Below, one piece after another: positions 39,661-52,200 of a DNA stretch of 64,000 nucleotides. The notes under the pieces were generated by a model that was not told where the DNA came from, made no database searches, and worked only from the letters and a program-made list of their open reading frames with translations. How positions within the stretch are numbered: position 1 is the first letter of the stretch; each line of letters opens with the position of its first letter. The DNA lies in assembly GCF_006345805.1 (NCBI RefSeq), contig NC_043015.1, positions 1,116,001 through 1,180,000 of the forward strand. Direction: 5' to 3'. A program made the position numbers and the translations under genes. Origin of the DNA: Octopus sinensis. Lineage: Eukaryota.

Positions 39661-40813
39661 TTCTTGTGAGGTTTCTGATGTTATAATCCCGCTGAAGTCA
39701 AATCGGTTTTCCATTTCTTCGGGGTCGCGTAAATAAATATACCAGTTAAGAGCTAGAGGCACTATAATCGAATTTCCCCCCTCCAAACTTCTGGTCTTGT
39801 GCCAATATTAGAAAACATTATTATCTTTAGCATCACCATGATAACCATCATCATCCTCATCATCGCAAAAATTGCCATCAGCATCGTCGTTGTCAGCAGA
39901 CAAGCTTCTCCTGCAGAAGTTATTGGTAAAAAGTGCTTTCGGCCAATGTTTGGATCTTGAACCCCACTGTGTAAATTCAAAGACTTATGGCACATCGCAT
40001 TCTGTTGCTGGACAGAGAGTCCCTGGAACGATGGTTGGAATCTTGTTCTAACGAAATATCATACTGAGATAAAATAAATATATAAAATATAATATTACAG
40101 TGTGAGTCTTTTCAAAGCAGTATCGCAAGGTACGCTCAGAAAACGAAACTTCATAGGATCCACGGGAATATCGCTCAGACGCAGATGCACTCTGCACCGA
40201 CAAGAGATTTTATTCTTAGAATACAGAATGATGACCTTTAATGAAACCATTGAGAAATGCGCAAAGCAAATGTTACCATAATTTCTAAACTTTGCATTTT
40301 ATCATTATACCATTGGAACACTAACACAAGTTAGATTAAATAAGGAAACTTACTTCACTGAAAAATATAAGCCAAAACTTAACCAATTCTAGCAATTTTA
40401 AATAAGGTAACTTACCTCATTGAAAATAATACAAAGTAAAAGCTTACCAATTGTAACATCCTATTCTTTCTGAACCAAATCTTTTTATATTAATAAAACC
40501 TAGTCATTCCCAACATTTTTTATTATCTCCCTTATACCAAAAAAATTCCCTGATTACCTACGCCTGTCTAGAACGGTCAAACTTCACTTATAGCGAAGAG
40601 ATGACACAATATCAGTAATGAAATTTGAGAAATTTTAAAAGAAAATACGAAACCGGTTATTTCTCCAAAAACAATGTTACTATACACAAAATATTATATT
40701 TTTCGAACATAACGATTTAAATACATACTTTAAACATACAACACAAGTCTTCTGTAGTTTTTTTACTGCTTTGTCTTTTATATATATACACACACACACA
40801 CATACACACACAC

Positions 40814-40847
<34 letters not shown>

Positions 40848-41043
40848 AGTTTATTTGATCAAATAAGGATACATGTTAATATTTAGTGAGTGTGTGTGAT
40901 TATTTAAGTATACATAACAGGGATGGTTAGAGCTATTGTTTCATATGAAACTTATTTGTAGGGCGAATCTGAAATTCATAGAAAATAAACATAACAAATG
41001 AATATATATACATATATACATATATATATACACACATATATAT

Positions 41044-41074
<31 letters not shown>

Positions 41075-41106
41075 GTATATATAATATATATATATATAAT
41101 ATATAT

Positions 41107-41178
<72 letters not shown>

Positions 41179-41608
41179 TATGGCTTTACCAGAAGCTTGG
41201 AGAAGCGTTAATGCATTCCGTCCTGTTTTCTGCGGGCAGTAACAGCGTTAGGCCCAATTCGGCGTGTTGTTTTTGTCTTATATTTAATGCTCTTCGTCCC
41301 TTTGATACTTACTGAATGGTGGTCGCTTTGTTTTCAGTTATATTTATGAATATATAATATATATGATTTAAAATATGCAATATAAATCAATTAGATATAT
41401 GGGTTTGCAACCATTCCTCAATAATTTGACCGATATTCGGGTTGATATATCTTTATAATTAATTCACGTTTGGAGGCAATTTTTCTCCTTCACTTTTCTT
41501 ATCATCCCAGCTACGTAAAACGTTTAGATCTCAGCTATTGAGTAATTACGGTTCCCTCCTTTATTCTTCTAAATAAACACGAGCGCAGGCTCACACACGG
41601 ATGCTCAC

Positions 41609-41656
<48 letters not shown>

Positions 41657-42121
41657 ACACACATATATATATATAACATAAATCAAAGTGGACGACAGAT
41701 CAAATTTAGTTATCTTTGAAATACAAAATACATAAAACACTCATTTGAAATATTAGGTTGCAAGCACTAGCTATTACAGTCCAATTAAAAGCAGTAGTGC
41801 TCAACCTTACGATAGTTTCGCAGAGGAAATATGTCCTCCATTTTCATTTACGTTAAATATGTATATATATATATAAGATAAGAAAATGGAGAAATACATC
41901 TAAATCAAATATCAATTACCAGATAATACTCAATCACATACTTTATTAAACCACCACATAAGAGACTGTCGGGTTAAACATAAAAAAGTAGAATAAATCA
42001 GTGTACATAAAGGAATGTACATAAAAAAGTGTACATAAAAGAGAAATGTTGTATAATAAGTAGAATATATATAAAAAAGAGAATATACATATAAGTAAAT
42101 ATAAATATAAGTATAGATTAC

Positions 42122-42248
42122 ATCTTACAGCTGTTTCGGCCATGTAGATAAATATGTCTCATTTTACCAACATTAGCCTTTTATGGTAGGTCAATATATA
42201 GATATAAATGAGGCATTTACAAAAATATCATAAGGACTCCTCGGAGAT
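42122..42248 (-). ncRNA. Type I hammerhead-like motif with a long stem II insert (family P7)
   Basis: Minus strand: AUCU CCGAGGA GUCC-(92 nt)-GGCC GAAAC AGCU GUA AGAU. Stem I AUCU/AGAU; palindromic AGCU loop III; GUA triplet; U4 is C. Confidence 0.55.
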
Positions 42249-42271
42249 TGCACTTACAACCCCTATCTCAA

Positions 42272-42326
<55 letters not shown>

Positions 42327-42340
42327 ATATAATATGTGGT

Positions 42341-42563
42341 AATTATTCGGTTGCCTTGATATAAAACTCTGAGTTTTGGGTGTCGAGGCGGAAACTTGCA
42401 TCGACATCTATTCGATCATCGAGGCAATTAATCTATGCTATCTATTTAGAAACTTACAGATCGTTTGGCATATTTTAATTGCCTCGATGACTGAAGAGAT
42501 GCTGGTGCAGATATCCGCTCCGATATACGAAAGTCGGAGTTTTATCATGGTAACAGAATAATT
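42341..42563. mobile_element. Palindromic element family P3 with hammerhead-like core in its arms
   Basis: Perfect 16-bp inner inverted repeat (42416-42431 / 42475-42490) and diverged outer arms. CTGAAGA at 42491-42497, GAAA at 42529-42532. Homologous to 44646-44826. Confidence 0.7.
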
Positions 42564-42680
42564 GTCGCATACTATATTACAAATAAGTTCCACTATTTAC
42601 ATAATATCGAGATCTCTTTCATTCCTGTGTTGTCTTACCATTGCTATTAATGTATACACACACACACATATATATATAAA

Positions 42681-43230
42681 CAAAACAAAAAATGGAAGAA
42701 CGTTACTGGCGAAAACAAAACACTTGGACAGTTAGACCATACAAAAAAAGAAAAAAACAGAGAAAAACAAGGACGGGAATTTCGGAGTTTTCACTCTTCA
42801 GTCGAGAACCAGATCGTCGTTACAGTTTCGGTCAGTTACTCTAGAGACTACTACAATCAGGAAAATTTAAGCTAAGGGCATCAAATTCTTTAGAAGAAAG
42901 CAAGCGAATGCACACGAAAACATTGACGAAAAAACGGAGAAATGGTACACAATTATAAATACAAACAACAGGACATTAACAATAGGTGTCTTTTGACTAA
43001 AGACGAATTACTTAAGCTGGCATGTGTGGAAGTGAAGCTTTACAGCAGGAACAGAGGAGATGAAAGTCATGGGAAGGAATATAAGAAGTGCTACACGTAT
43101 GGCTGTCAAACGAAGAAAGAAAGTTCAGGCTTGATCGAACACCGGTCACGTGGAAGGTGATGTGAGAGGTTGGCTAAAGAATCGTTCTCAAGCATGAATT
43201 CAACACGCCAAGAATGTAAGCGGGAAGGAC
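42681..43230 (+). mobile_element. Longer member of family P2 (possible PLE terminus)
   Basis: The first ~110 bp match the 4412 arm (aaaacaaaaaatggaag...ggacagttagac...caaggacggg). It continues into non-palindromic sequence; the 3' boundary is approximate. Confidence 0.6.
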
Positions 43231-43603
43231 AAATGAAAAATAACGAAAAAATAGATTAACTCTATACAATTGTTTCATCGTTAATAGATTGAGTAATTTT
43301 ACTTACATATTCATTTTCGAATCCTCAGTAGAGTGTATCAAAAATATAATTTGCTGAACCGAACGCCAAAATCCATACGAAGCCGAGCAAAGGCGAACGG
43401 CACGGCCGATTATATTTGCAGTTACGTTCAAATATCCTCACTCTTGGCGCGTTGAAAATACCGGATATAGATACTACCCCAGTAATTTACTGCCGGTTTG
43501 AGAACATATTAATTTATAATTAACATCACAATAAGGGTGAAAAAAATTGAATATTAATTAACAACATCAATTTAAAAAACCAAGTGGCCTAGCGAAAAAA
43601 AAA

Positions 43604-43780
43604 CTGGGATACAGTAAAAATTATTAATACAAGTAATAAGAGGGAGACCACATGGTTGAATTAATGCTTGAGAACAATTCTTTAGTGGTGGATTCCCTTT
43701 GCGGATCTATTTCTAGCGTTAGAGTGACCACATGTGGTCTCTCTCTTATTACTTTATTAATAATTTTTACTGTATCCCAG
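43604..43780. mobile_element. MITE-like hairpin with ~51-bp near-perfect terminal inverted repeats
   Basis: ctgggatacagtaaaaattattaatacaagtaataagagggagaccacatg (43604-43654) vs the reverse complement of 43731-43780: one indel, one substitution; 76-nt spacer; no clear TSD. Confidence 0.75.
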
Positions 43781-43905
43781 ACAAAAAGGGAACAAGAAAA
43801 TAACAGGCGCCAAAAAACATTCGGACAGACGATGCAAAAAACAAGAACGGGTCACTTGGAGCTTTGAATCTTGTATGTATGTATGTATGTATGTATGTAT
43901 GTATG

Positions 43906-43937
<32 letters not shown>

Positions 43938-44645
43938 CAAATAATCATGGGCATTTGACGTACTTTACACTGGTTGAACAAAATCGAATTTTCTAACCAG
44001 CTAAACAGATCTAAATATCAGTAATTGGTCAATACAGCACCAATGAAGTGATGTTATTCAGCTTCACGCAATTTCATACCCGAGATTGGTCTGGATCCTA
44101 GAGAACAGAGTAAAGCCTACAAACAGATAGTTATGACAGGTGAAACCCGCTGTAGGTGACAGTGATTAACAAGTGAGCGCAGGTGCTAACGTTGCATCCG
44201 AGAAAATTAATTAAATCCTCGCTGCCGCATTCTGGCTAAACGATAAGACTGAGAAGCGAAACAGACATTGATATAGATCTTGAATGATTGAAAGATTTGC
44301 GATATGCCGAAATCGACATAAATTTTGAAGACGAGTGAGTTATATCTCGCATGAAGATATTTCTTGCAGATTCTACGTTAGGTAAAGAAACTTCAATGCA
44401 TATTTCATTTGTATTTGCGTGGAATAAGATATCTATATCAATCTATCTATCTCTCTATCAATTTATCTATCACTCTGTCTCTCTATCTGTCTATCAATCT
44501 ATCTATCTAGCTATCTCTCGCTCTCTCTTTCTCTCTCTCGCCACACACACACACACACACACATTTATATTGAAAGAAATGGCAAGACAACAAAAGAGAT
44601 CTCGATATTATGTAAATAGAGGAATTTATCTGTAAATATAATATG

Positions 44646-44826
44646 TGACAATTTTTCGGTAGCTACGATAAATTCCGAGTTTCGTATATCGGGGCGAAAA
44701 CCCACGCTGCCATCTCTTCAATTATCGGACCATCGAAAAATAGTATTTATTTCGATGGCAGATAACTGAAGAGATGGGCTTCCGCCCTGATATCCGAAAC
44801 TCGGAAATTTATCATAGGTATTGTCA
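44646..44826. mobile_element. Palindromic element family P3, second copy
   Basis: The arms pair around a central catcgaaaaatagtatttatttcgatg. The right arm has GATAA CTGAAGA (44766-44772) GAT-GGGC TTCC GCCC-...ATC C GAAAC (44796-44800)...TTATC. Confidence 0.75.
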
Positions 44827-44843
44827 AGTATTATATATATATT

Positions 44844-45050
44844 GAGGATTTACAAAAAAAACAAAAAAACAAAAACAAATGACGAAGACGGGTGTGTAAA
44901 CAACAAACATATGTATTAATCTAACACTCGGGAGGTGAGAAAGACTTTTATGTTTCAAGCCTACGCTCTTCGATAGAAAGGAACACAAATTAAACCGGGA
45001 AATAAAATAGAAAAAAGGTTTAGTGGCTAGCGATCTATCATGGTGATACG
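44844..45050 (-). mobile_element. Family P6 copy, degenerate hammerhead-like motif at 44945-44980
   Basis: Minus strand: CUUU CUAUCGA A GAGC-GUAG-GCUU GAAAC AUA AAAG; flanks match the 29181 and 50249 copies. Confidence 0.7.
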
Positions 45051-45094
45051 GATATGTATATATATATATATATACATATATGTATATATATATA

Positions 45095-45307
45095 TAGTTA
45101 ATCCAAACAATAAAATACACCAAAAAACACAACAACGCGAGGACGTGGAACAAATAAAGTATTATTGGACGCTCAGGAAAGAAGGAAAGAAGGAGGGTTT
45201 AATGTTTCGAACGGAGCTCTTCGTCGGAAATATAGGGTAAGGAAAGATCCATAGAAGAGAAGACAGAGGAAAAAAAATCGCCAACGGTACACACGAGGTC
45301 ACATTAC
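45095..45307 (-). mobile_element. Family P5 copy, hammerhead-like motif at 45198-45230
   Basis: Minus strand: UUU CCGACGA A GAGC-UCC-GUUC GAAAC AUU AAA; flanks match 22533-22748. Confidence 0.7.
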
Positions 45308-45309
45308 AT

Positions 45310-45569
45310 GTATGCATATATATACATATATACATATTTATATATACAGCCATACATACATATGTATAGATATATAGGTATATATGCATATATGTACATA
45401 AGTATATACATACACATAACTTCATATATATATACGTATTTATATATAATATATATATATATAATATTATATATATATATATATATATACTCATATTTCA
45501 TATATATGTACATGTACATACATTCATATATATGTGCATGTGCATGTATGCATGTATGTTATATATATG

Positions 45570-45650
<81 letters not shown>

Positions 45651-45857
45651 ATATATTCATATATTTGTGTATGTGTGTATATACATATCTCTCTAGATAT
45701 AGACTAATAAATGTGTGATGTATATCAAGGGTCGTATATCTGAAATTGAGAATTTGTATTCTCAGGATAAATACGATTGAAAAACCGAGAATGAACATGA
45801 AATCATATACATATATATACACATGTACACACATCCACATATGTACTCATATTTATG

Positions 45858-45904
<47 letters not shown>

Positions 45905-45920
45905 ATATACATATATATAT

Positions 45921-45962
<42 letters not shown>

Positions 45963-46162
45963 TACATACATATATATAATAATAAAATATGTATATACAT
46001 ACCCGTGTGTGTGTGTCTGTGCGTGTGTCCGCCTGAGTGACATACATATGCATACACACACGCTTAATCACGGATATATATATATATATACATACATATA
46101 TATACACATATATATATACATTATTTATGTATATTATATACATACATATAATAAGGTATGTA

Positions 46163-46254
<92 letters not shown>

Positions 46255-46818
46255 ATATTATATATATATATATATATGTATATACACGTGTGTGTGCATT
46301 TGGGCGTGTGTCCATGTGCATGTGTGTTTGAGCGTATTTGCGCTTGTGCGTATCAGTGGGCCTGTGTGTATGCAGACGTATAAACATTCTGTTCGAGGCA
46401 AGACAGTTTTGCTAATACGTTTGTTGGGTGTCTAAAAATATACACGCCTGATAGGAGATATTTTCTTCACACAATGCGTGGGAAACGTTAAAGTTAGGGC
46501 AGTGTTGAGTTGTATAGCTACGAGCAGATCAAACGAACTCAGACGAAGAAACCGGTTGATGGTCATTATAAAAACTCGCAGTATTAGTATTGCTTCGGAG
46601 CACACGCACGCAGACACAAACACACACACACACACACACACACACGCGCACACGCACACAAACACACACAGAAACACGCGTACACACTCACAGACACTCA
46701 GACAAGTATGTATACGGACTTGCTGTAAAACCTATAAACCATGCATTCGGGTGTATGTGTATATATATATATATATATATACATATATGTATACACACAC
46801 ACATATATATATAATATA

Positions 46819-46869
<51 letters not shown>

Positions 46870-47076
46870 GTATGTGTGAATGCGTGAGTATCCGTGTATA
46901 TATCTGCGTAAGTGTCTATGCATCAATACAAACATGTATATATCAATTTGTGTATATATGTATGAATATATATGTGTTAATAATATATATATTTCTATGT
47001 ATGTATCTATCTATCCATCTATCTATCTATCTATCTATTTATCTATCCATAAGTCTACCTGTCTATATACCTACCA

Positions 47077-47117
<41 letters not shown>

Positions 47118-47170
47118 TATATATATATATATATTATATATATATTATGTGTGTGTACATACATTCTTAA
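45310..47170. repeat. Compound (TA)n/(CA)n/(TG)n/(TATC)n microsatellite field
   Basis: Direct reading; short unique interruptions. Confidence 0.9.
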
Positions 47171-47409
47171 TCAGAGACAACACACACATGCCTGTGTGTA
47201 AATGTTTGCGTGTCTGTGTGTGCATATATGTCTGTACGTGAATATGAAAATTGTCAGAAAACGAAAAAAATGTATAAAACAGAACGCGGCAGACATCCAT
47301 TCGCCACGGTGGGAATATTCAAGCAAGCTAAGTACACAGTGAAAATCCAGACGGATTGGTATTAAAAATATGAAAAACAAATATATATTCGGGGTGGTGG
47401 GGGGGTACA

Positions 47410-47700
47410 TGACCTTGTGTTCGGGGTGTTGCCACCACGATTTAGATACCACGATTTCAATTTCTATACCGGATGGTGAATTATGTTCTTGAGCAAGACA
47501 CTTCGTTTCAATTTGCTCTGCGATCACTACGACAGCTGACGAGTGGTGCTCTCCACACCTGTTCAGAGAACATCGAAGTGATGGAGAGAGTCAGGTAACG
47601 TCGGCTACATATATCTGGACACTTTAAGCAATTCGTATGTGCAGGTAGTTCGGCAAATACCGAACGCTCATACGCCGCCTTCGACAACAGAGTCCATCGT
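47410..47700 (+). mobile_element. Decayed SINE-like element of a fourth type (CORE-like ttcttgagcaagacactt)
   Basis: tRNA-like remnant followed by gttcttgagcaagacactt; boundaries approximate. Confidence 0.4.
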
Positions 47701-47831
47701 CAAATATTTATGTATATGTTAATAATAACTCTTTGCTAGAGTGGGGCATATACACATGTAATAAATAATTATTGAAATCTGGTAGTGGTGCCTGTCTTTG
47801 CATGTGTTTATTCATTTCTAAAACAAATATT

Positions 47832-48078
47832 CTTTTCTACTCCAGGCAATAGGCTCGAAATTTTGGGGGAGGTGGACAGTCGATAACAACGACCCGAGTA
47901 CGCAACTGGTACTTAATTTATCGACGCTGAAAGGCAAAGTGGCCCTGGGCAGAATTTGAACTCAGAACGAAAAGACAGAAGAAACACCGCTAAGCATTTC
48001 GCCCGGCGTGCTAACGTTTCTGGCAGCTCACCGCCATCTTTAAAGAATCTTTTCTACTCTAGGCACAAGACCCGAAAT
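47832..48078 (-). mobile_element. SINE A (tail type 2) plus the tail of a second copy; paralog of the 51157 dimer
   Basis: Shares the left flank and the diagnostic short core (tcgac.ctgaaaggcaaagtgg) with 51072-51400. Confidence 0.85.
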
Positions 48079-50248
48079 AATATCTCTTTGTTTGAGTGAG
48101 ACATGGCGTCCCATAGATGACTAAAAGACTTCACCAGGGTATTAAGTTACACATGTCCTGAGCCTATATTGTCCTAAACCTATCAAAGTTAAGCATATAT
48201 ATATATATATATATATATATAATGAGAGTAGCTATATCAAACTCCATTCTTCACCAAGTGCAACATATTAGACGAGGTTCGTCGTAATAACAGTGTAGCA
48301 CAAAACGGCGGTGCATCAGCATGGCCGCAACTATGAGCTGAAACTAGAAGAAAGAAATATATATATATATACTAAAAACAGTTATAACTTTATTGCTGTG
48401 GTCAACTCCCAAGCACGTCTTCGATAAATTTATGCTTGCTTATGTAAAAGGGTGTACTAGAAAGTTCCTTGCTTGAAGGGTTTTGCGAAGAGCCTTGCTG
48501 TAAGTCCATCATTCTGATTTGAATTACTGGACTTGCAACATCTAAAGGAATACTGTAAAACGTGTATAAATTTGAGAGGGGTATATGTTGAATGGAATCT
48601 TACTAGATCCTCATGTATTTTCTTTTACTGAAAGCCAGGAACTTTTCAGCACGCCCTCGTATGTCTGTATGTGCGTTTGTATTGATATATATGAAGTGTT
48701 TGTGTATGATTTGCTTGAGGGAAGATAATGTTATATACGAATTAAGAAGACGGTTTGAAGGTGATATTTTTGGTCAAATTTCGATTCCTGCTTTATTTAA
48801 AAATAGATCCTTCATTTGATGTATATATATATATGTAAATCAACTAAAAAATATGTATCAGCTAAGTTGTCGGTGAAGGTTGAGTAGGCTGAGATTCAGT
48901 CGGTCACAGTCTTTCATTACATCTGTGGTAGTGTGATACATCTTACAAAGCCACACTCGCTCGTGAGCAACGATTTATCGTTATATATTGTATTAATACA
49001 TGGCCATTCTGGAGTCATTAATAATCTCGATCAAAACAGATACTGAACTAAAATGAAAATCAGTGGAATCAATGATGAGAAGAAGATTGATTGATAAAAT
49101 TCATGTAAGATATTCTTATATTGGAAACATGTTGTTACTGCTTACAAGAGGCTAGACTTCTCTAAATGCACACAAAAGACGCCATTTTGTGGTGTTAACC
49201 TGATTACGTGATATGCGTACCTGTGAATAGAAAGGCATATCATTCTGTCTCTATTTTTTATATTCTCAGTTTAACAATTATGTCTCAAGGATTTGGTTAA
49301 CCCTGACTTATCGCCTAATACATCGTCCCAAACACCGCATAATCGCAGTGAACCGGACGTTATGTATTTTAGTTGCGAAATATAATACCATGTCGTTACG
49401 GATATCATTATATAAAAATGACAGCTTTTATTGCTTGTATTTTCTTTCTGACTTTGGTTTTTCGTTGGTAGCCCATTGTACTGGAAAAATCAGTACAACG
49501 TGATCCTTTATACTGTGAAATATGGTCACTTGATATTTCCCTTTGGATTTGAAACCCAATCCAATTTCAGTTCATAACACTCCTACTGATATCAATAAAA
49601 TAATTACCAGTCTAATTACAGGGTTGATACATTGGAGGGCAAGACAAGGAAGCGACGGTGCCGCCAGGCATAGCTGTACTTCCTAAACAAAGATTCTAGT
49701 AAAGGCGTGCGATGATTCTACTGTGACTCTGACAATACCAGTGGTAAACAATAACTATTTTACAATAAGTACATTTTCATGGCTTGAATAAGAATTAGGA
49801 GGGCATCACTCATAAATTAGTTTCAGATTTACTATGGGAATGGTTTCAGAAAAGGAAATAGGAACCGGGCGTATTAGCCAGTTGCTTTTAGCAGCAGAGT
49901 AAATCGTTTTATGTTGCTTAATGTCCATTTGTTGGCATTTAGCTGAAATTGCTAAGCAAATATAAAGTTCATATTATGCTAACCTTAACCTTAACATCTC
50001 ACCAGCTTCGTTCGCTAGACTTGTGTTGACCAAAGATTTTATCGGGTAATGGTTTCCCAATCTGATGATCATTGAGTTTTAAAAGCTGAAAAATTAAGAG
50101 AAAAACATGGTATCTACTGCATTGTTGTGGCTACTTTCATATTTACCAATTACATAGATTTTTATTTATCATTTTATACTTTACTTAATTATTGGTATAT
50201 GTTTCTATTGTATATTTAATATTTTTCTATATGCTATAATATAATTAT

Positions 50249-50477
50249 ATCATTGTTATTCCATTGTTGAATTGATAAAAGGTTGGTTCTTGTCTATCTC
50301 TCCTTTTTTTTCTTTCCTTGTTTCTCTCCTTGTTTTTTTTCTGTGTCCCTTTCTGTAGAAGAGCGTAGGCTCGAAACGTAAAAGACTTTTGCAATTTCCT
50401 GAGTGTTATACATCTGTTTATTTTATACACCACCTGTCTTCGTCTTTTGTTGGTTTTTTTTTACGTGAACTCTCCCT
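50249..50477 (+). mobile_element. Family P6 copy with the best-folding hammerhead-like motif (50349-50384)
   Basis: CTTT CTGTAGA A GAGC-GTAG-GCTC GAAAC GTA AAAG: 4-bp stem I, 4-bp stem II, GUA triplet; A6 is U. Confidence 0.7.
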
Positions 50478-51156
50478 ATATATAAATATGACCATTGTGT
50501 TTAAAATTATAAAAAACCTGTTCAACTTTCACCAAAATGTGATACCAAATTTTATTCATATAATTTGAAGCTATTTAAATTCCCGATAAATGCTAGCAAC
50601 GGCAGAAAAAAATGCTCCAATATTAGCACCTTTCATTTACTCCTCCTAAACATAGACACCTCCAGAACCAAGGCAACCATTTTACAGAAAACGCCTGCCT
50701 TTGTACATCTGCAAAGTCAATAAAACTAAAATTAAACTTTGACAGACAAAACATTTAGTGTCATTACTCAAGGAACTCATATCGCTGTGTCTTTCATATT
50801 TCATGTACTTTTTCCGCATTGATTTTTCTTTTAGCGAGTAATATAAATATCGATTTTTGTAAAAGCTATTTATGAGATTAAATTTGCCATGTTAAAAAGA
50901 AATGTTGATAAAATTGATCGCATTATACGATTGATAAATGCGTGTTAAGGTGTTAGGCTGGCCGAATCGTTAATGCGTCGGGTGAAATGTCTTGCAACAT
51001 TTAGCTATTTTTCCAATTTCAACAATATCGATAACATAAGTTCTGGTCTTTTTACACTTAAATTATTTGGACATGTACATATGTAATAAACAATTATTGC
51101 AAACAGGTTGTGGTGCCTGTCTTTGCACGAGTTTATTCATTTCTAAAACAAATATT

Positions 51157-51581
51157 CTTTTCTACTGCAAGTTCACGGCTCGGATTTTGTGGGAGTGTCC
51201 ATTCGATGAAAACAACCCGAGTACGCAAATGGTACTTAATTTATCGACCCTGAAAGGCAAAGTGGACCTGGGCGGAATTTGAACTCAGAACGTAACGGCA
51301 GACAAAATAACGTTAAGCATTTCGCCCGGCGCGCTAACGATTCTGCCAGCTTGCCGCCTTTATAAAGAATCTTTTCTACTCTAGGCACAAGGCCCGAAAT
51401 TTGGGGGAGGAGGCAATCGATTAGATTGACCACAGTATGCAACTGGTACTTAATTCATTGACACCGAAAGGATGAAATGCAAAGTCGACCTCGGTGGAAT
51501 CTGAGCCCCGAACGTAAAGACAGATAAAATATCGCTAAGCATTTCGCCAGCGTCCTAACGTTTCTGCCAGTTCGTCACCTT
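51157..51581 (-). mobile_element. Head-to-tail SINE A dimer (tail type 2) with 18-bp TSD
   Basis: atttctaaaacaaatatt at 51139-51156 and 51582-51599. Confidence 0.88.
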
Positions 51582-51664
51582 ATTTCTAAAACAAATATTA
51601 GTACATGAATTCACAACGTTTTTGATAAAACGCTTCAAAATGTTTGGCATCCTTCAGATATTTT

Positions 51665-51859
51665 TCTATTTTCAGTCATTCGATTGAGGTCATGTGGAAC
51701 CTCCTTGAATTTCTAGTTAAATTTCTTTTGAAATTCTTATTTCATCGATATTTTTCTGCCAAACCGCTAATTTACACGGACGTAAATAAACCTGCATCGA
51801 TTGTGAAGCGATGGTGGGGACAAACACAGAGACAAACAGACACACACACACACACACAC

Positions 51860-51893
<34 letters not shown>

Positions 51894-52200
51894 CGACGAT
51901 GTTCTTTCCGTTTCCGTAAACCAAATCCATTCACAAGGCTTTAGTTGACATGAGGCTATATTAGAAGACACTTGCCCAAGGTGCCATACAGTGGGACTGA
52001 ACCCGGAACAATGTTGTTGGTAAGTAAGCTACGTACCACACAGCCACTCCTGAGCCTATATATATATATAGTACAAACTTCATTCACAAGACTGTGGTCG
52101 AGCCGAGATTATAGAAGAAGTTACTTGCCTAAGGTCCCACGAAGTGAGAAAAAAGCCAGAACCATGAGGTTCAGAAGCAAGCTAGTTTCCACACTGTTTC
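51665..52200 (-). mobile_element. Decayed SINE B (51665-52057) plus a B head fragment (52075-52200)
   Basis: agaagacacttgcccaaggtgcc and cacacagccactcctg motifs. Confidence 0.8.

Noticed and set aside
45732-45776. Small imperfect hairpin (tcgtat...tgagaat/attctca...atacga)
   Set aside because: Too short and unique in the window; no family or motif support.
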